Assembly: GCA_963827685.1 (NCBI GenBank) | Contig: CAWHBU010000007.1 | Span: 64,001 to 128,000, forward strand | Source: an uncultured delta proteobacterium | Lineage (GTDB): Bacteria > Desulfobacterota > BSN033 > UBA1163 | DNA: 64,000 nucleotides | Reading direction: 5' to 3' | Shown here: positions 49,432-59,089 of the stretch, piece by piece | How the letters are laid out: every line of letters begins with the position of its first letter | Numbering within the stretch: position 1 is the stretch's first letter | Position numbers and translations under genes: made by a program | Notes under the pieces: model-generated | What the model saw: the letters and a program-made list of their open reading frames with translations, nothing else | Told to the model about the DNA's origin: nothing | Databases searched by the model: none

Positions 49432-49610
49432 TGGTTTGTATTTTATACCACGCTTAATAATTTTGGAAGTAAGAATTTCAAGAAAATCGCATTCTCATCT
49501 CAAGATTGAATCGGGGGCAGAAAGATTCTTGTGCGGGAAAGACTCTGCATGCTCTTATGGAGGATTGATGATTCGGAGATTAATCAAACACGTTCTGCAC
49601 GAACGTCCCT
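49432..49610. repeat. Dispersed ~175 bp repeat, copy D
   Basis: Full-length copy ending GAACGTCCCT. Abuts the RBS of the 49417 gene. Confidence 0.9.
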
Positions 49611-49689
49611 GTCTTCTGCTGAGGATAAAAAAACCTCAACGGCAGAAAAGTAAAGTGTATAATTTAGCTTTGACCCCAGTTCTTTTGCT

Positions 49690-51468
49690 TCACGCATATA
49701 TTGTCTCGATTTTCCCTTTTAATTGTGCAGATATGATGAATGCATTTGAAGCTACATGTTCAAGAGACAGGTGAGGCTTATTCTTCCTTGAAGGGTCTGT
49801 AACCCCAATTTCTTCTTCAATGTCGTTCTCAAGGATCACCCACCTCCCCAGGCTCGCATCGATTTTCGCCTCTATGCGCGATGAGGCCTTGTCAGCGGAA
49901 ACAATTGCGTCCGGGGATTTACCTGCCTGGTGGTCTAGGTCGTAAACCGCCACGTAGGGAATTCTGAACTTGTTCAGTAGGTGCAAGTAGCTAGGGATCG
50001 AATCCTTCGAGCCACAGTCAATTATGGTGTAGTCATGACGGAATACGCCTATCCTATGAGCAAGAAAAGGAATGACTGTTTTATCCGTGGCACCTTCAGT
50101 AAGAATAACCTTGCGGGCGAAGAAAAGTTCACCGCGATCTGGATTGATCCAGTAAGTCAGGTTGAAAAGGTCTCTCTCGCCGGCAGCCGGGAATAGTTCC
50201 TCTTTGCACTGGAATACAGTTGTTCCTTCTCTCAATGAATTCTTCCGGACGATGCAGATAGAGCGGTAGTATTCTAGACTGATGAACGAGCTTGAGTGCG
50301 TACAAAGAACGACTTGACTCTCACCTTTTGAGAGGGCGACCAAGGAATCGAAAAGTTCGCGCTGGGCCTGTGGGTGTAGGTAGAGTTCCGGTTCTTCGAG
50401 AATGAAGTATGTGGATTTCGACTTCTTGCGAGCCACGACCTCCTCGCCGGCCTCTGGAGTTGATTCGTACTGTTGACGCGTGAGTTGGGCCAGTGACCTC
50501 ACAAGTGCGAAGATTAGTGCCCGCTGAAGACCCTGGCCCTTACGGCTGACATCCGTTCGGATCCCGTCATTAAGCCAAACAGTTGCTCCAACCTTGAATA
50601 TGTCATCGAGATTGGGAGGAATTATCTCCACGTCGATTGTCGTGTTCCAGTTGACAAGCTCCGACTGAAGGGATTTCTCAAAGTCAGTTAACTCACGGGG
50701 GCGAGAGGTATTCTCAGTGCCATCCTCCTTCGTTTTGTTAAGAATACGAATCAGTGAGGAGATTCTATTCTTGGCCTCCCTAAACTCCTCGTTGGACTCC
50801 GACATCTTGTTGATTACCCGAGTATAAAGCTCGCTAAAAACCGAACGGCCCCTCGTGCTGAGATCATCCGCGGCCTTCTTTACGGATGGGACGAAGTAAA
50901 CGTCACCGAAAATCCCCCCGGGCACATTTTTAGCGCCCAGGAATGGCCCTGGTTCAATCTCGTAATTGAACCGTAAAGAATCATGGCGTTCCTGGATGTA
51001 CCGCTCTTGTGCTTCCTTGAAGGCCTCCTTTGTAATGCGACCTGACTTCGGAAGGAGATAAGAAAGTGGCAACGTATCGGCCACCTCACGTTTGGCATAG
51101 TCAGAGATCTTCTCTTCTCTCAGCCAGTCTTCTGTGGGCGACTCGACGTACCCGTGGTAGGAGAACCCGACATCCTTTTTGGCCTGTTTTCGAACACGCA
51201 TAGTGCCAGCCGCGGTAATATACTTCTTGAATGTCCTCTGGTCAGACTCGTCGAGGTCTCCGAAGAGCACTTCAATAAACAGTTCGTCACTGCCATCGTT
51301 GAAATCCAGAGGATCTATCCCTATCTCATTGAAGAAGAAAAGAAGTGCGAAGATCACATTCGACTTCCCATGATTATTCTGACCAATGAGGATGATCAGA
51401 TCCTGGAAGGAGATCGTTTCTTTCTTTATGGAACGCCAATTCTCGATTTCGATTTCACGAATTTTCAT
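49690..51468 (-). CDS. OLD-family ATP-dependent endonuclease (ABC ATPase + TOPRIM)
   Basis: IENWRSI, Walker A GQNNHGKS, KGQGLQR, Walker B EEPELYLHPQAQ, CTHS, TOPRIM EGATD and YDLD. Confidence 0.9.
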   Translation of the reverse strand: MKIREIEIENWRSIKKETISFQDLIILIGQNNHGKSNVIFALLFFFNEIGIDPLDFNDGSDELFIEVLFGDLDESDQRTFKKYITAAGTMRVRKQAKKDVGFSYHGYVESPTEDWLREEKISDYAKREVADTLPLSYLLPKSGRITKEAFKEAQERYIQERHDSLRFNYEIEPGPFLGAKNVPGGIFGDVYFVPSVKKAADDLSTRGRSVFSELYTRVINKMSESNEEFREAKNRISSLIRILNKTKEDGTENTSRPRELTDFEKSLQSELVNWNTTIDVEIIPPNLDDIFKVGATVWLNDGIRTDVSRKGQGLQRALIFALVRSLAQLTRQQYESTPEAGEEVVARKKSKSTYFILEEPELYLHPQAQRELFDSLVALSKGESQVVLCTHSSSFISLEYYRSICIVRKNSLREGTTVFQCKEELFPAAGERDLFNLTYWINPDRGELFFARKVILTEGATDKTVIPFLAHRIGVFRHDYTIIDCGSKDSIPSYLHLLNKFRIPYVAVYDLDHQAGKSPDAIVSADKASSRIEAKIDASLGRWVILENDIEEEIGVTDPSRKNKPHLSLEHVASNAFIISAQLKGKIETIYA

Positions 51469-51647
51469 TGCTTCCGTCTGTGCTCATCTCATGTTGACGT
51501 ACACCATGTAATGGACCTCTAGGGCCTGGTCTCAACTTTTGACAACAAAGTCTTGGTGATTGTTGAGACCTGGATGTCTCTGATTGTTTTCATCCCCTTT
51601 AGAGATTTGGGGCAGCCCAACGATGGACTCGGCGAAAGACTCACAGC

Positions 51648-52133
51648 CTAAGATTTAGGAAGTCTGTCTTTTGCCCAATTTTCAAACCCGATATACAATT
51701 CTTCTTCATCTGCGCCTCTGCGTAATCCGCTGATATAATCTCTAATCTCATCATTTTTGTAGGCTTCTATTACGTAACTGCCGAAATTGTCGTCTGTCAT
51801 TTTAACATCGAGAATTTTTGATTCCATGAAGCCATATAATGTATCAAAATACCCAATATAATCTTCAACGTCCTGATCTGAGCACTGGCCACCCTTAGAT
51901 TCAAAGATTGGATTTTTTGATTCAATTGCCTTCCGTACTTTATACATCCTTTCATTGAAAAAGAAATCTTTATTCGCTTGGAGTATGATCGCTCCCTGTG
52001 ATGCCCTTGCGGACTGGAACCATAATTTTCTCGTAGCAAGCCAGAGTAAAATAGTAGCCCCTGCTAACACGGCTGTGAAAATGATAACGAATAAGGCTTC
52101 GTGTTCTTCAATTGTACTAATTATATCAGCCAT
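51648..52133 (-). CDS. Hypothetical membrane-anchored protein
   Basis: One N-terminal TM and a helical domain, low GC. GGAG precedes ATG 52133. Confidence 0.65.
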   Translation of the reverse strand: MADIISTIEEHEALFVIIFTAVLAGATILLWLATRKLWFQSARASQGAIILQANKDFFFNERMYKVRKAIESKNPIFESKGGQCSDQDVEDYIGYFDTLYGFMESKILDVKMTDDNFGSYVIEAYKNDEIRDYISGLRRGADEEELYIGFENWAKDRLPKS

Positions 52134-52452
52134 ATTAGTACTCCACATTAGGATAAAGCTGTTGGGAAAAACGGTTGGATGAAGATGTTAGAAAGAAGCT
52201 ACATCTTTCGCATAGCCTTGTCAATTCTTTATTTAGAACAAGAGGATTCGAGGAATCAATTTCCGAAAGTGGAGAGCAGAGGGTGGAAAGTGGGATTGAA
52301 TACAGTTGACACTTTAAAGCTGAGAAACATTGTACACGAAGCCTGAAACCCGAAACAAATAATTTGGAAATCCGCAATCCGAATTCCGAAATTCAGAAGA
52401 TCAGCCGAAGATTTCGGCGGGAATAGGTTTGTTCCTGCATCGAACTGTTTTC

Positions 52453-53469
52453 TTATCCTGGTGCGGGTTGGTCAGGAACTTTGGCAGTATCAAGCAGTCC
52501 CAATTTGATAAAGACCCACGGGGCGCCGTAAGTGACCCAAAAGCCGGTGAGGGTATAGCGCACGTAACGCAACACCTGGGACACGAGGGACACATCGCGC
52601 GGGAACACCATGCGCAGTCCTAACCACAGAATCGCCAGGCCGATGATGCCTACTCCAAAGCGCAGAGCGCGTTTCGACCACTTCCCCGCCGCATCAAATC
52701 CGCCTCGCTGGAAGATCAAGATCGCTCCGGCGACCAGACCAAAAAACGTGCCTGCGACGCCGACCATGCCTGTCGTGCCACGCGGATGGATGGCTGCTTG
52801 GCCCGGCGCAAGTGAAAAGGCGCGTGCCGCAGTGATTTCCCATTGAGGCGGGTCAGCAGGTGGCAGAAAGGCCAGCCCGGATAGAGAAATGATGAGCAGC
52901 AGCATCGAGGCAGCGAAGCCCAGGCCGATTTTCTGCGCCAGTGTGAAGCGATTGAACCAGGCCAAAACGGCCGTTTCCCATTTCAAAAACGCCCACAATA
53001 TCAAACCACCGATCAACCAACCGGCCAGCACATCCGTTGGAAAGTGAACAGCCAGCACGATGCGTGAATAACCAATCAGAAAGATGAGGGCTGCCATCAG
53101 CCAGCGCAGCCAACCCCTGAGCCACGCGGCCATTGTCCCCCAGACAGTCATGGCGTGTTGGGCGTGGCCGGATGGGAGGCCGTATGAACCTTCGGCACTG
53201 AACGCTCGAACTCTATCGCTCACCCAGAAGGGCCGCGGCTGGTGAAAGACGAGTTTAAAAAAGATGTTCAGGCTGTCTGACACAGTCAAGATCACACCGA
53301 AACGCAGGCCAAGGCGGACATCCACACACCAGTAAAGGAAGGGCAGAATGAACAGGTAAAACTCTTCGGTGCCCAGGAAGCTAAAGAACTGAGATGGAGC
53401 GACCAGCCAGGGGGCGCTGGTCTGCAGTCCGGCGATGAAATGGATGCCCCAGTCAAGGATGGGATTCAT
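52453..53469 (-). CDS. PAP2-family membrane phosphatase
   Basis: K...PRP, PSGH and SRIVLAVHFPTDV motifs. Likely start is ATG 53469. Confidence 0.9.
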   Translation of the reverse strand: MNPILDWGIHFIAGLQTSAPWLVAPSQFFSFLGTEEFYLFILPFLYWCVDVRLGLRFGVILTVSDSLNIFFKLVFHQPRPFWVSDRVRAFSAEGSYGLPSGHAQHAMTVWGTMAAWLRGWLRWLMAALIFLIGYSRIVLAVHFPTDVLAGWLIGGLILWAFLKWETAVLAWFNRFTLAQKIGLGFAASMLLLIISLSGLAFLPPADPPQWEITAARAFSLAPGQAAIHPRGTTGMVGVAGTFFGLVAGAILIFQRGGFDAAGKWSKRALRFGVGIIGLAILWLGLRMVFPRDVSLVSQVLRYVRYTLTGFWVTYGAPWVFIKLGLLDTAKVPDQPAPG

Positions 53470-53672
53470 AGGAATGACGAGAACTCGTTTTTGGGATAAG
53501 TTAACTATGCAAAAAACGGAGTTGAATGTCAATTAGAAAAGACAACACGCGGAAGGAGTAAATCCGTGAAACCTTGGCGAGAATAATGGCTTACGTATCG
53601 AGATTTTTTATTCTATTCATGTTTCATCGTCTGTGATAAAAGAAAGGGTGGAGAAAGAATAGTGGAGGAATC

Positions 53673-55112
53673 ATGGAAATAGGCGCCAGGCTGTTCGATT
53701 ATATCTTCAATCCCCGCTCGGTGGCGATCATCGGAGCATCCCCTCATGATCTGGCCACTCTCGCCCACATGAAAACAAAAATTAGGGATCGCTTGTTTCT
53801 GGTGAACCCGAGATATACGGAAGTTCTGGGAAAGAAATGCTACCCGAGCATTTTGGAGGTGGACTCCGACATCGACTATGTCATCCTCGGAGTCTCCACC
53901 TCGGCTCTGCCTAAGGTTTTGGAGGAGTGCATTCAAAAAGGCGCAAAGGTTGCACAGATTTTTACTGCCGGGTTCAGTGAGACGGGAACCCCCGAAGGGA
54001 TCGAACAGGAGAAGGAGCTGAAACGGATGGCGGCGGGCAGGATTCGGATCATTGGCCCCAATTGTTTTGGGGTCTATTGTCCCTCCTCAGGATTGTCCAT
54101 TGTTCCAGAGGCCCCGACAGAGGGGGGCCACGTGGGAGTCGTTACCCAGAGCGGGAGCGTGGCCGAATCCTTCTCCTATTTTGCCAATACCAAGAATCTC
54201 AGATTCAGCAAAATGGTGAGTTATGGCAATGCCGTTGACCTGGACGGTTCTGATTTTCTGGAATACCTGGCCGACGATCCGGATACGAACATCATCGCTC
54301 TTTACATTGAAGGCACCAGGAACGGCGCGCGCCTGAAAACGGCTCTGGCCAAAGCAGCAAAGCGAAAGCCCGTGATCGCCATCAAAGGGGGGATGACGGA
54401 GCAGGGCATGAGGGCGGCTGCCTCTCATACAGCTTCCCTGGCCGGGGCCCCTGAAATCTGGAGGGCTCTCTTCAGACAGACCGAAGCTCTTCAAGTGGAG
54501 AGCTTCGACGAAATGGTAAACACGGTCATGGCTTTCGACACCTCTCCTCTCCCTGCGGGCCGAACGGTTGCCCTGATCACCAATTCCGGGGGTTTCAGTG
54601 TCATCCAAACGGACCTCTGCATGAAAGCAGGAATCGAGGTTCCCAGGTTTTCCCAAGAGACCATCGAAGCGCTTCGGGCACTGGTCCCCCTTGCGGGAAC
54701 CAGTATTGGGAATCCCCTTGATGCTTGGCCCATATACTATAGTATATCCCCCTCGGGAAACATGGCTGACATCATCGAGATCGTGTCCTCTGACCGAAAC
54801 ATCCATTGTTTGGTGTTTCAATTTGATCAGTTTCGCTATCTAAGGCGGATCTTGGGTAGGAAGGTTGAGGCCCACATGAAGCGATTAATCGAGCTGATGG
54901 TTGAAGGATGCCAGCGTAGCCGGGAGAAAGAGAAAAAAACGGTATTGGTCACCGTCTCCTTAGATCCCTACCTGGAAGACGAGGAAGACAGACACTACAA
55001 CCTCATGATTAAGACAGCTTTTGCGGCAAAAGGCTTTCCCGTCTATTCAAACCTGCACGCAGCGATAAAGGTTCTTTCCAATCTATGCAAATTCAGTGAA
55101 AGCCGAGGATAA
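53673..55112 (+). CDS. NDP-forming acyl-CoA synthetase alpha-subunit-like (CoA-binding) protein
   Basis: FNPRSVAIIGAS, TAGFSE, IIGPNCFG, SYGNAVD, AASHTASLAG, TNSGG, NPLD. Confidence 0.88.
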   Translation: MEIGARLFDYIFNPRSVAIIGASPHDLATLAHMKTKIRDRLFLVNPRYTEVLGKKCYPSILEVDSDIDYVILGVSTSALPKVLEECIQKGAKVAQIFTAGFSETGTPEGIEQEKELKRMAAGRIRIIGPNCFGVYCPSSGLSIVPEAPTEGGHVGVVTQSGSVAESFSYFANTKNLRFSKMVSYGNAVDLDGSDFLEYLADDPDTNIIALYIEGTRNGARLKTALAKAAKRKPVIAIKGGMTEQGMRAAASHTASLAGAPEIWRALFRQTEALQVESFDEMVNTVMAFDTSPLPAGRTVALITNSGGFSVIQTDLCMKAGIEVPRFSQETIEALRALVPLAGTSIGNPLDAWPIYYSISPSGNMADIIEIVSSDRNIHCLVFQFDQFRYLRRILGRKVEAHMKRLIELMVEGCQRSREKEKKTVLVTVSLDPYLEDEEDRHYNLMIKTAFAAKGFPVYSNLHAAIKVLSNLCKFSESRG

Positions 55113-55235
55113 GCCTAATCTTGAAAAAAGGCCCGAGAACCAGGATAATGTGCCAAAATAGGAGTCAAGGGGCCGAGGGGGTAGATATTTTAGCGGATTT
55201 CTGTCTCCAAGTTATGAAGAACGGCGTTTTCCAAA

Positions 55236-55799
55236 ATGCGGTGTGAAAATGCAGGAGGAGATACGGCAGTAAGAAAAGCAAGGGCAGTGAGAAAGAAGTC
55301 TCAGGAGAAGCGTCGCCTCAACCTCACGGTCAATGGGCAGCCCATTGAGCTGGAAGTGGGAATAGAACCTCATCAGGTTGACCCTGCCCACACACTTGCC
55401 TACACGCTCCGGGAAACGCTGGGCCTTACCGGTACAAAGGTATCATGCGACCACGGTGCCTGTGGAAGCTGTACCGTGCTTATGGATGGAAAGGCCGTCC
55501 TTTCCTGCATGACGCTCACTGTTGAGTGCAATGGGAAGCAAATAACAACGATCGAAGGCCTGAGCGATCCGAAGACAGGGAGAATGGATCCCCTTCAGCA
55601 GGCATTCATCGACTATGCAGCCTTTCAGTGCGGATTCTGCACACCCGGCATGATCATGAGTGCAAAGGCGCTTCTTTACGAGAATCCATTCCCAACGGAA
55701 GAGGAGGTGAAGGAAGGCCTGTCTGGCAACTTCTGTCGGTGTATCAGCCACTATCAGGTGGTGAAGGCCGTTATGGCAGCATCCAAAGAGGTAAGGTGA
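55236..55799 (+). CDS. Xanthine dehydrogenase family 2Fe-2S subunit (CoxS-like)
   Basis: CDHGACGSCTV...C, QCGFCTPG, GNFCRC. The true start may be slightly downstream. Confidence 0.92.
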   Translation: MRCENAGGDTAVRKARAVRKKSQEKRRLNLTVNGQPIELEVGIEPHQVDPAHTLAYTLRETLGLTGTKVSCDHGACGSCTVLMDGKAVLSCMTLTVECNGKQITTIEGLSDPKTGRMDPLQQAFIDYAAFQCGFCTPGMIMSAKALLYENPFPTEEEVKEGLSGNFCRCISHYQVVKAVMAASKEVR

Positions 55800-55804
55800 G
55801 CAAA

Positions 55805-58096
55805 ATGGCCAACACATACCGGTATATCGGTAAGGCGATCCCCAGAAAAGATGCAACAGAGATTGTTACGGGAGGAGCAGAATACCTTAACGATATCAAG
55901 TTTCCTGATTTGCTCTACGGAAAGGTGCTCCGAAGCCCCCACCCCCATGCGCTTATCAAAAAGGTTGATAAGAGTAAGGCATTGAGGCTTAAGGGCGTTA
56001 AAGCAGTACTCACCTGGGAAGATGTCCCCGATTGGAAAGGGGGTACGCCCCGCTATACCCGCATCCTCGACTGGAAGGTCCGCTATGTCGGTGATGCTGT
56101 GGCGCTCGTTGCTGCCACAACTGAAGAGATCGCAAAAGAGGCCCTTCACCTGATAAATGTGGAATATGAGCTTTTACCTGCTGTCTTTGACATGGAAGAG
56201 GCATTGAAGCCCAGCGCCCCGCAGCTTTATGACGAGTTCCCCGGGAACGTAGTAACCCCCGGCGCTCCCTTTTTCGGACCGAAGAGCCTGAAGGAAGTGG
56301 CCATGGGAGATGTGGAAAAAGGATTTCAGGAGGCTGATGTCATAGCCGAAGGGATCTTTGGCTACGAGAACATACCGAACCCATTGCCTCCCGAGCCTCC
56401 AGGGGCAATCGCCCTGTGGGAGGAACCGAACAAGCTGACCCTCCGGGTATCCAATCAGGCTTCCTACATGGATAAGATCACCCTCTTCCATGTGATGGGG
56501 AGGAAAGTCGAAGTGAGAAGTATTGGCGGTCCCTGCGGCGGCAGTTTCGGGTCGAAGTTTATGTCCTGGCAGGTCCAGTGCTATGCTGCGCTCTTGAGCA
56601 GGGCAACGGGCAAGCCGGTGAAACTCATCTTCACCAAGGAAGAGCACCTGGCGGCATTCACGATGCGGCCTGCATCACGTATGAAGGCCCGGGTGGGCAT
56701 GAAGAAGGACGGGACCGTAACGGCGATATCCGGCACGTGGCTTATCGACACGGGGTACTACTCGATGACGACCCAATCACAGGTTGCTGTTGGCTGCGGC
56801 GAGGTCCAGATTGCGGTCCGGTGCCCCAACTGGAACTTAAAGCCTGTGATTGTTTGTACCAACCGGAATGCCTCAGGTATCGTGAGAGGTTTTGGTGGCC
56901 AGGAACTGAAGTGTATCCTCATACCGATTCTGAGCTTAGCCATGGAAAAACTGGGCATCGACCCGTTTGAGTTCCTCAAAAAGAATTTCGTCAAGCCAGG
57001 TGACGGGTACTTCTGGCGGGACGGCATCTGGTATACGTACCGGGGCGTAGACTTTACAAAGGCAATGGATAAAGGCGCCGAGTTGTTTGGCTGGAAAGAC
57101 AAGTGGAAGGGATGGTTGAAACCCACGGCTGTGGACGGAACAAAACGGAGAGGGGTGGGTGTGGGTGTCCATGGAAATGCCGATATCGGCGAGGACGCCT
57201 CTGAAGCGTATGTGCGCCTTCATCCGGACGGAACAGCCGTGCTCTTCTCCTGCATAACAGAACACGGGACAGGTCAGAGAAGCAACACCATCAAGATGGT
57301 TGCCGAGGTGCTGCAACTGCCCATGGAAAACGTCTCCATAACACCCTCCGATTCACTGATCAACCCCTATGAGTTTGGACCAGCCGGCTCCAGAGGGACC
57401 TATGCGATCGGAAGTGCCGTGATTGCAGCGGCAGAGGATGCCAGGGGAAAGCTCTTCGAGCTTATCGCCCCCATGCTTCAGGCAGACCCTAACGACTTGG
57501 AGACCGTGGACGGGGTCATTTTCGTCAAGAATAATCCGGAAAAGAGGATATCTTGGAAGGCAATGAGTATTGACCGCACGGTCACCGGCTACGGACGGTT
57601 TGAACCTGATTATACACTGACGAATTGTATGATGTCGTTCGTTGACGTTGAGATCGATACCGAAACGGGGAGCGTAACCTTGCTCCGTGTCGTCAACACC
57701 ACAGACGCAGGCCAGATCATCGATCCTCCCGGCCTCGAAGGCCAGATGAACGGGTGCCTCGGCTCAGGAGGTATCGATAGTGCCCTTTTTGAAGAGACGA
57801 TCCTTGACCGTTCCACAGGACATATCTTGAACGCAAATATGATCGACTACAAGTGGCGGACCTTTCCTCAGCTCCCGGTGATCAACAATGTGGCCCTGGA
57901 AACACCCTTTCCCAGCCACCGCTTCCATGCAGTAGGGGTTGGAGAGATAGCCACATCACCGGGTCCGGCAGCGGTGCTCATGGCTGTTTCAAATGCCATC
58001 GGCATCTGGCTGCACGAGTATCCGGGTACGCCGGAAAAAGTACTCGAAGCGCTCGGCAAGGTAATGCCGGAGAAGAAGAAAGGAGGTGCGGCATGA
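55805..58096 (+). CDS. Xanthine dehydrogenase family molybdopterin-binding subunit (CoxL/HcrA-like)
   Basis: LRSPHPHA, GGSFGSK, VRGFG, EHGTG, AGSR, GVGE. Start ATG 55805. Confidence 0.92.
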   Translation: MANTYRYIGKAIPRKDATEIVTGGAEYLNDIKFPDLLYGKVLRSPHPHALIKKVDKSKALRLKGVKAVLTWEDVPDWKGGTPRYTRILDWKVRYVGDAVALVAATTEEIAKEALHLINVEYELLPAVFDMEEALKPSAPQLYDEFPGNVVTPGAPFFGPKSLKEVAMGDVEKGFQEADVIAEGIFGYENIPNPLPPEPPGAIALWEEPNKLTLRVSNQASYMDKITLFHVMGRKVEVRSIGGPCGGSFGSKFMSWQVQCYAALLSRATGKPVKLIFTKEEHLAAFTMRPASRMKARVGMKKDGTVTAISGTWLIDTGYYSMTTQSQVAVGCGEVQIAVRCPNWNLKPVIVCTNRNASGIVRGFGGQELKCILIPILSLAMEKLGIDPFEFLKKNFVKPGDGYFWRDGIWYTYRGVDFTKAMDKGAELFGWKDKWKGWLKPTAVDGTKRRGVGVGVHGNADIGEDASEAYVRLHPDGTAVLFSCITEHGTGQRSNTIKMVAEVLQLPMENVSITPSDSLINPYEFGPAGSRGTYAIGSAVIAAAEDARGKLFELIAPMLQADPNDLETVDGVIFVKNNPEKRISWKAMSIDRTVTGYGRFEPDYTLTNCMMSFVDVEIDTETGSVTLLRVVNTTDAGQIIDPPGLEGQMNGCLGSGGIDSALFEETILDRSTGHILNANMIDYKWRTFPQLPVINNVALETPFPSHRFHAVGVGEIATSPGPAAVLMAVSNAIGIWLHEYPGTPEKVLEALGKVMPEKKKGGAA

Positions 58097-59073
58097 GGTC
58101 CTTCAAACACATGAATGCCCGGACAGTGGACGAAGCCTGCGCACTCCTCAGTGAATACAAGGGCAAGGCCGTGCTCAATGCAGGCGGGACAGACCTGCTT
58201 TCGACCCTCAAGGGAGAGCACCTTTTTGACTATCCCGAAGCCGTTATCAATATCAAGACAATTCGTGGTCTCGACTATATCAAGGAAGATACCAAGGCAC
58301 TGAAGATAGGCGCTCTTGCCAAGCTTTCCGACATTGCGAAGTCTCCTATTCTTAAGGAACGCTATAGGGTGCTTGCAGAGGCCGCCTATGCCGTCGCAAC
58401 ACCTCAGGTACGAAACGTGGCTACCCTTGGCGGAAACCTGTGCCAGGATGTAAGATGCTGGTATTACCGGTATCCACGTCATATCGGCGGACCCATCACT
58501 TGTCTGCGGAAGGGAAAGGGACGATGCCTCGCTGTTACCGGTGACAACCGGTACCACGCCATCATGGAGGCAAAGAAGTGCTTTGCCGTATGCCCTTCGG
58601 ATATGGCCGTAGTATTGGCTGCGTTAAACGGACAGATCAGGATCGTAGGACCGAGGGGCGAAAGAAACATCGCCGTGACGGATTTTTTCAGTTCCATGGA
58701 GAATACCCTTGAACGTGGTGAGATGGTGAGAGAGGTTGAAATTCCCGGGATCAGCGGCCCGGTGAAGCAGGCGTTTCTTAAATTCACTCTCAGGAGGCCT
58801 GTCGATTTTGCCATCGTGAGCGTTGCATCGGTCATGACCGTAAAGGAAGGGGTATGTGTGGACGCTCGCATTGCACTTGGAGCGGTAGCCCCAGGACCTG
58901 TCAGAGTGAAGAAGGCGGAGCAGTTTCTAAAAGGTCGCTCCATCGACAATGATACCGCTGCCGAGGCAGCGACACAGGCAGTCTTAGGCGCACGGCCTCT
59001 CAGCAAGAATGCATACAAAGTAGAAATCACAAAAGCCCTCGTGAAGAGGGCCCTGATGAGCGAAATTCTCTGA
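58093..59073 (+). CDS. Xanthine dehydrogenase family FAD subunit with Cys insert (PaoB/HcrB-like)
   Basis: AGGTDL, RNVATLGGNLCQDVRCWYYR, CLRKG..C, CFAVCPSD. RBS AGGAGG and ATGA overlap with the upstream gene. Confidence 0.92.
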   Translation: MRSFKHMNARTVDEACALLSEYKGKAVLNAGGTDLLSTLKGEHLFDYPEAVINIKTIRGLDYIKEDTKALKIGALAKLSDIAKSPILKERYRVLAEAAYAVATPQVRNVATLGGNLCQDVRCWYYRYPRHIGGPITCLRKGKGRCLAVTGDNRYHAIMEAKKCFAVCPSDMAVVLAALNGQIRIVGPRGERNIAVTDFFSSMENTLERGEMVREVEIPGISGPVKQAFLKFTLRRPVDFAIVSVASVMTVKEGVCVDARIALGAVAPGPVRVKKAEQFLKGRSIDNDTAAEAATQAVLGARPLSKNAYKVEITKALVKRALMSEIL

Positions 59074-59089
59074 CTCTCAATAAGCATCA

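Noticed and set aside
51612-51650. GTTGGGC core site suggesting a second attC after the 51648 gene
   Set aside because: No matching RYYYAAC box or paired L boxes were found.
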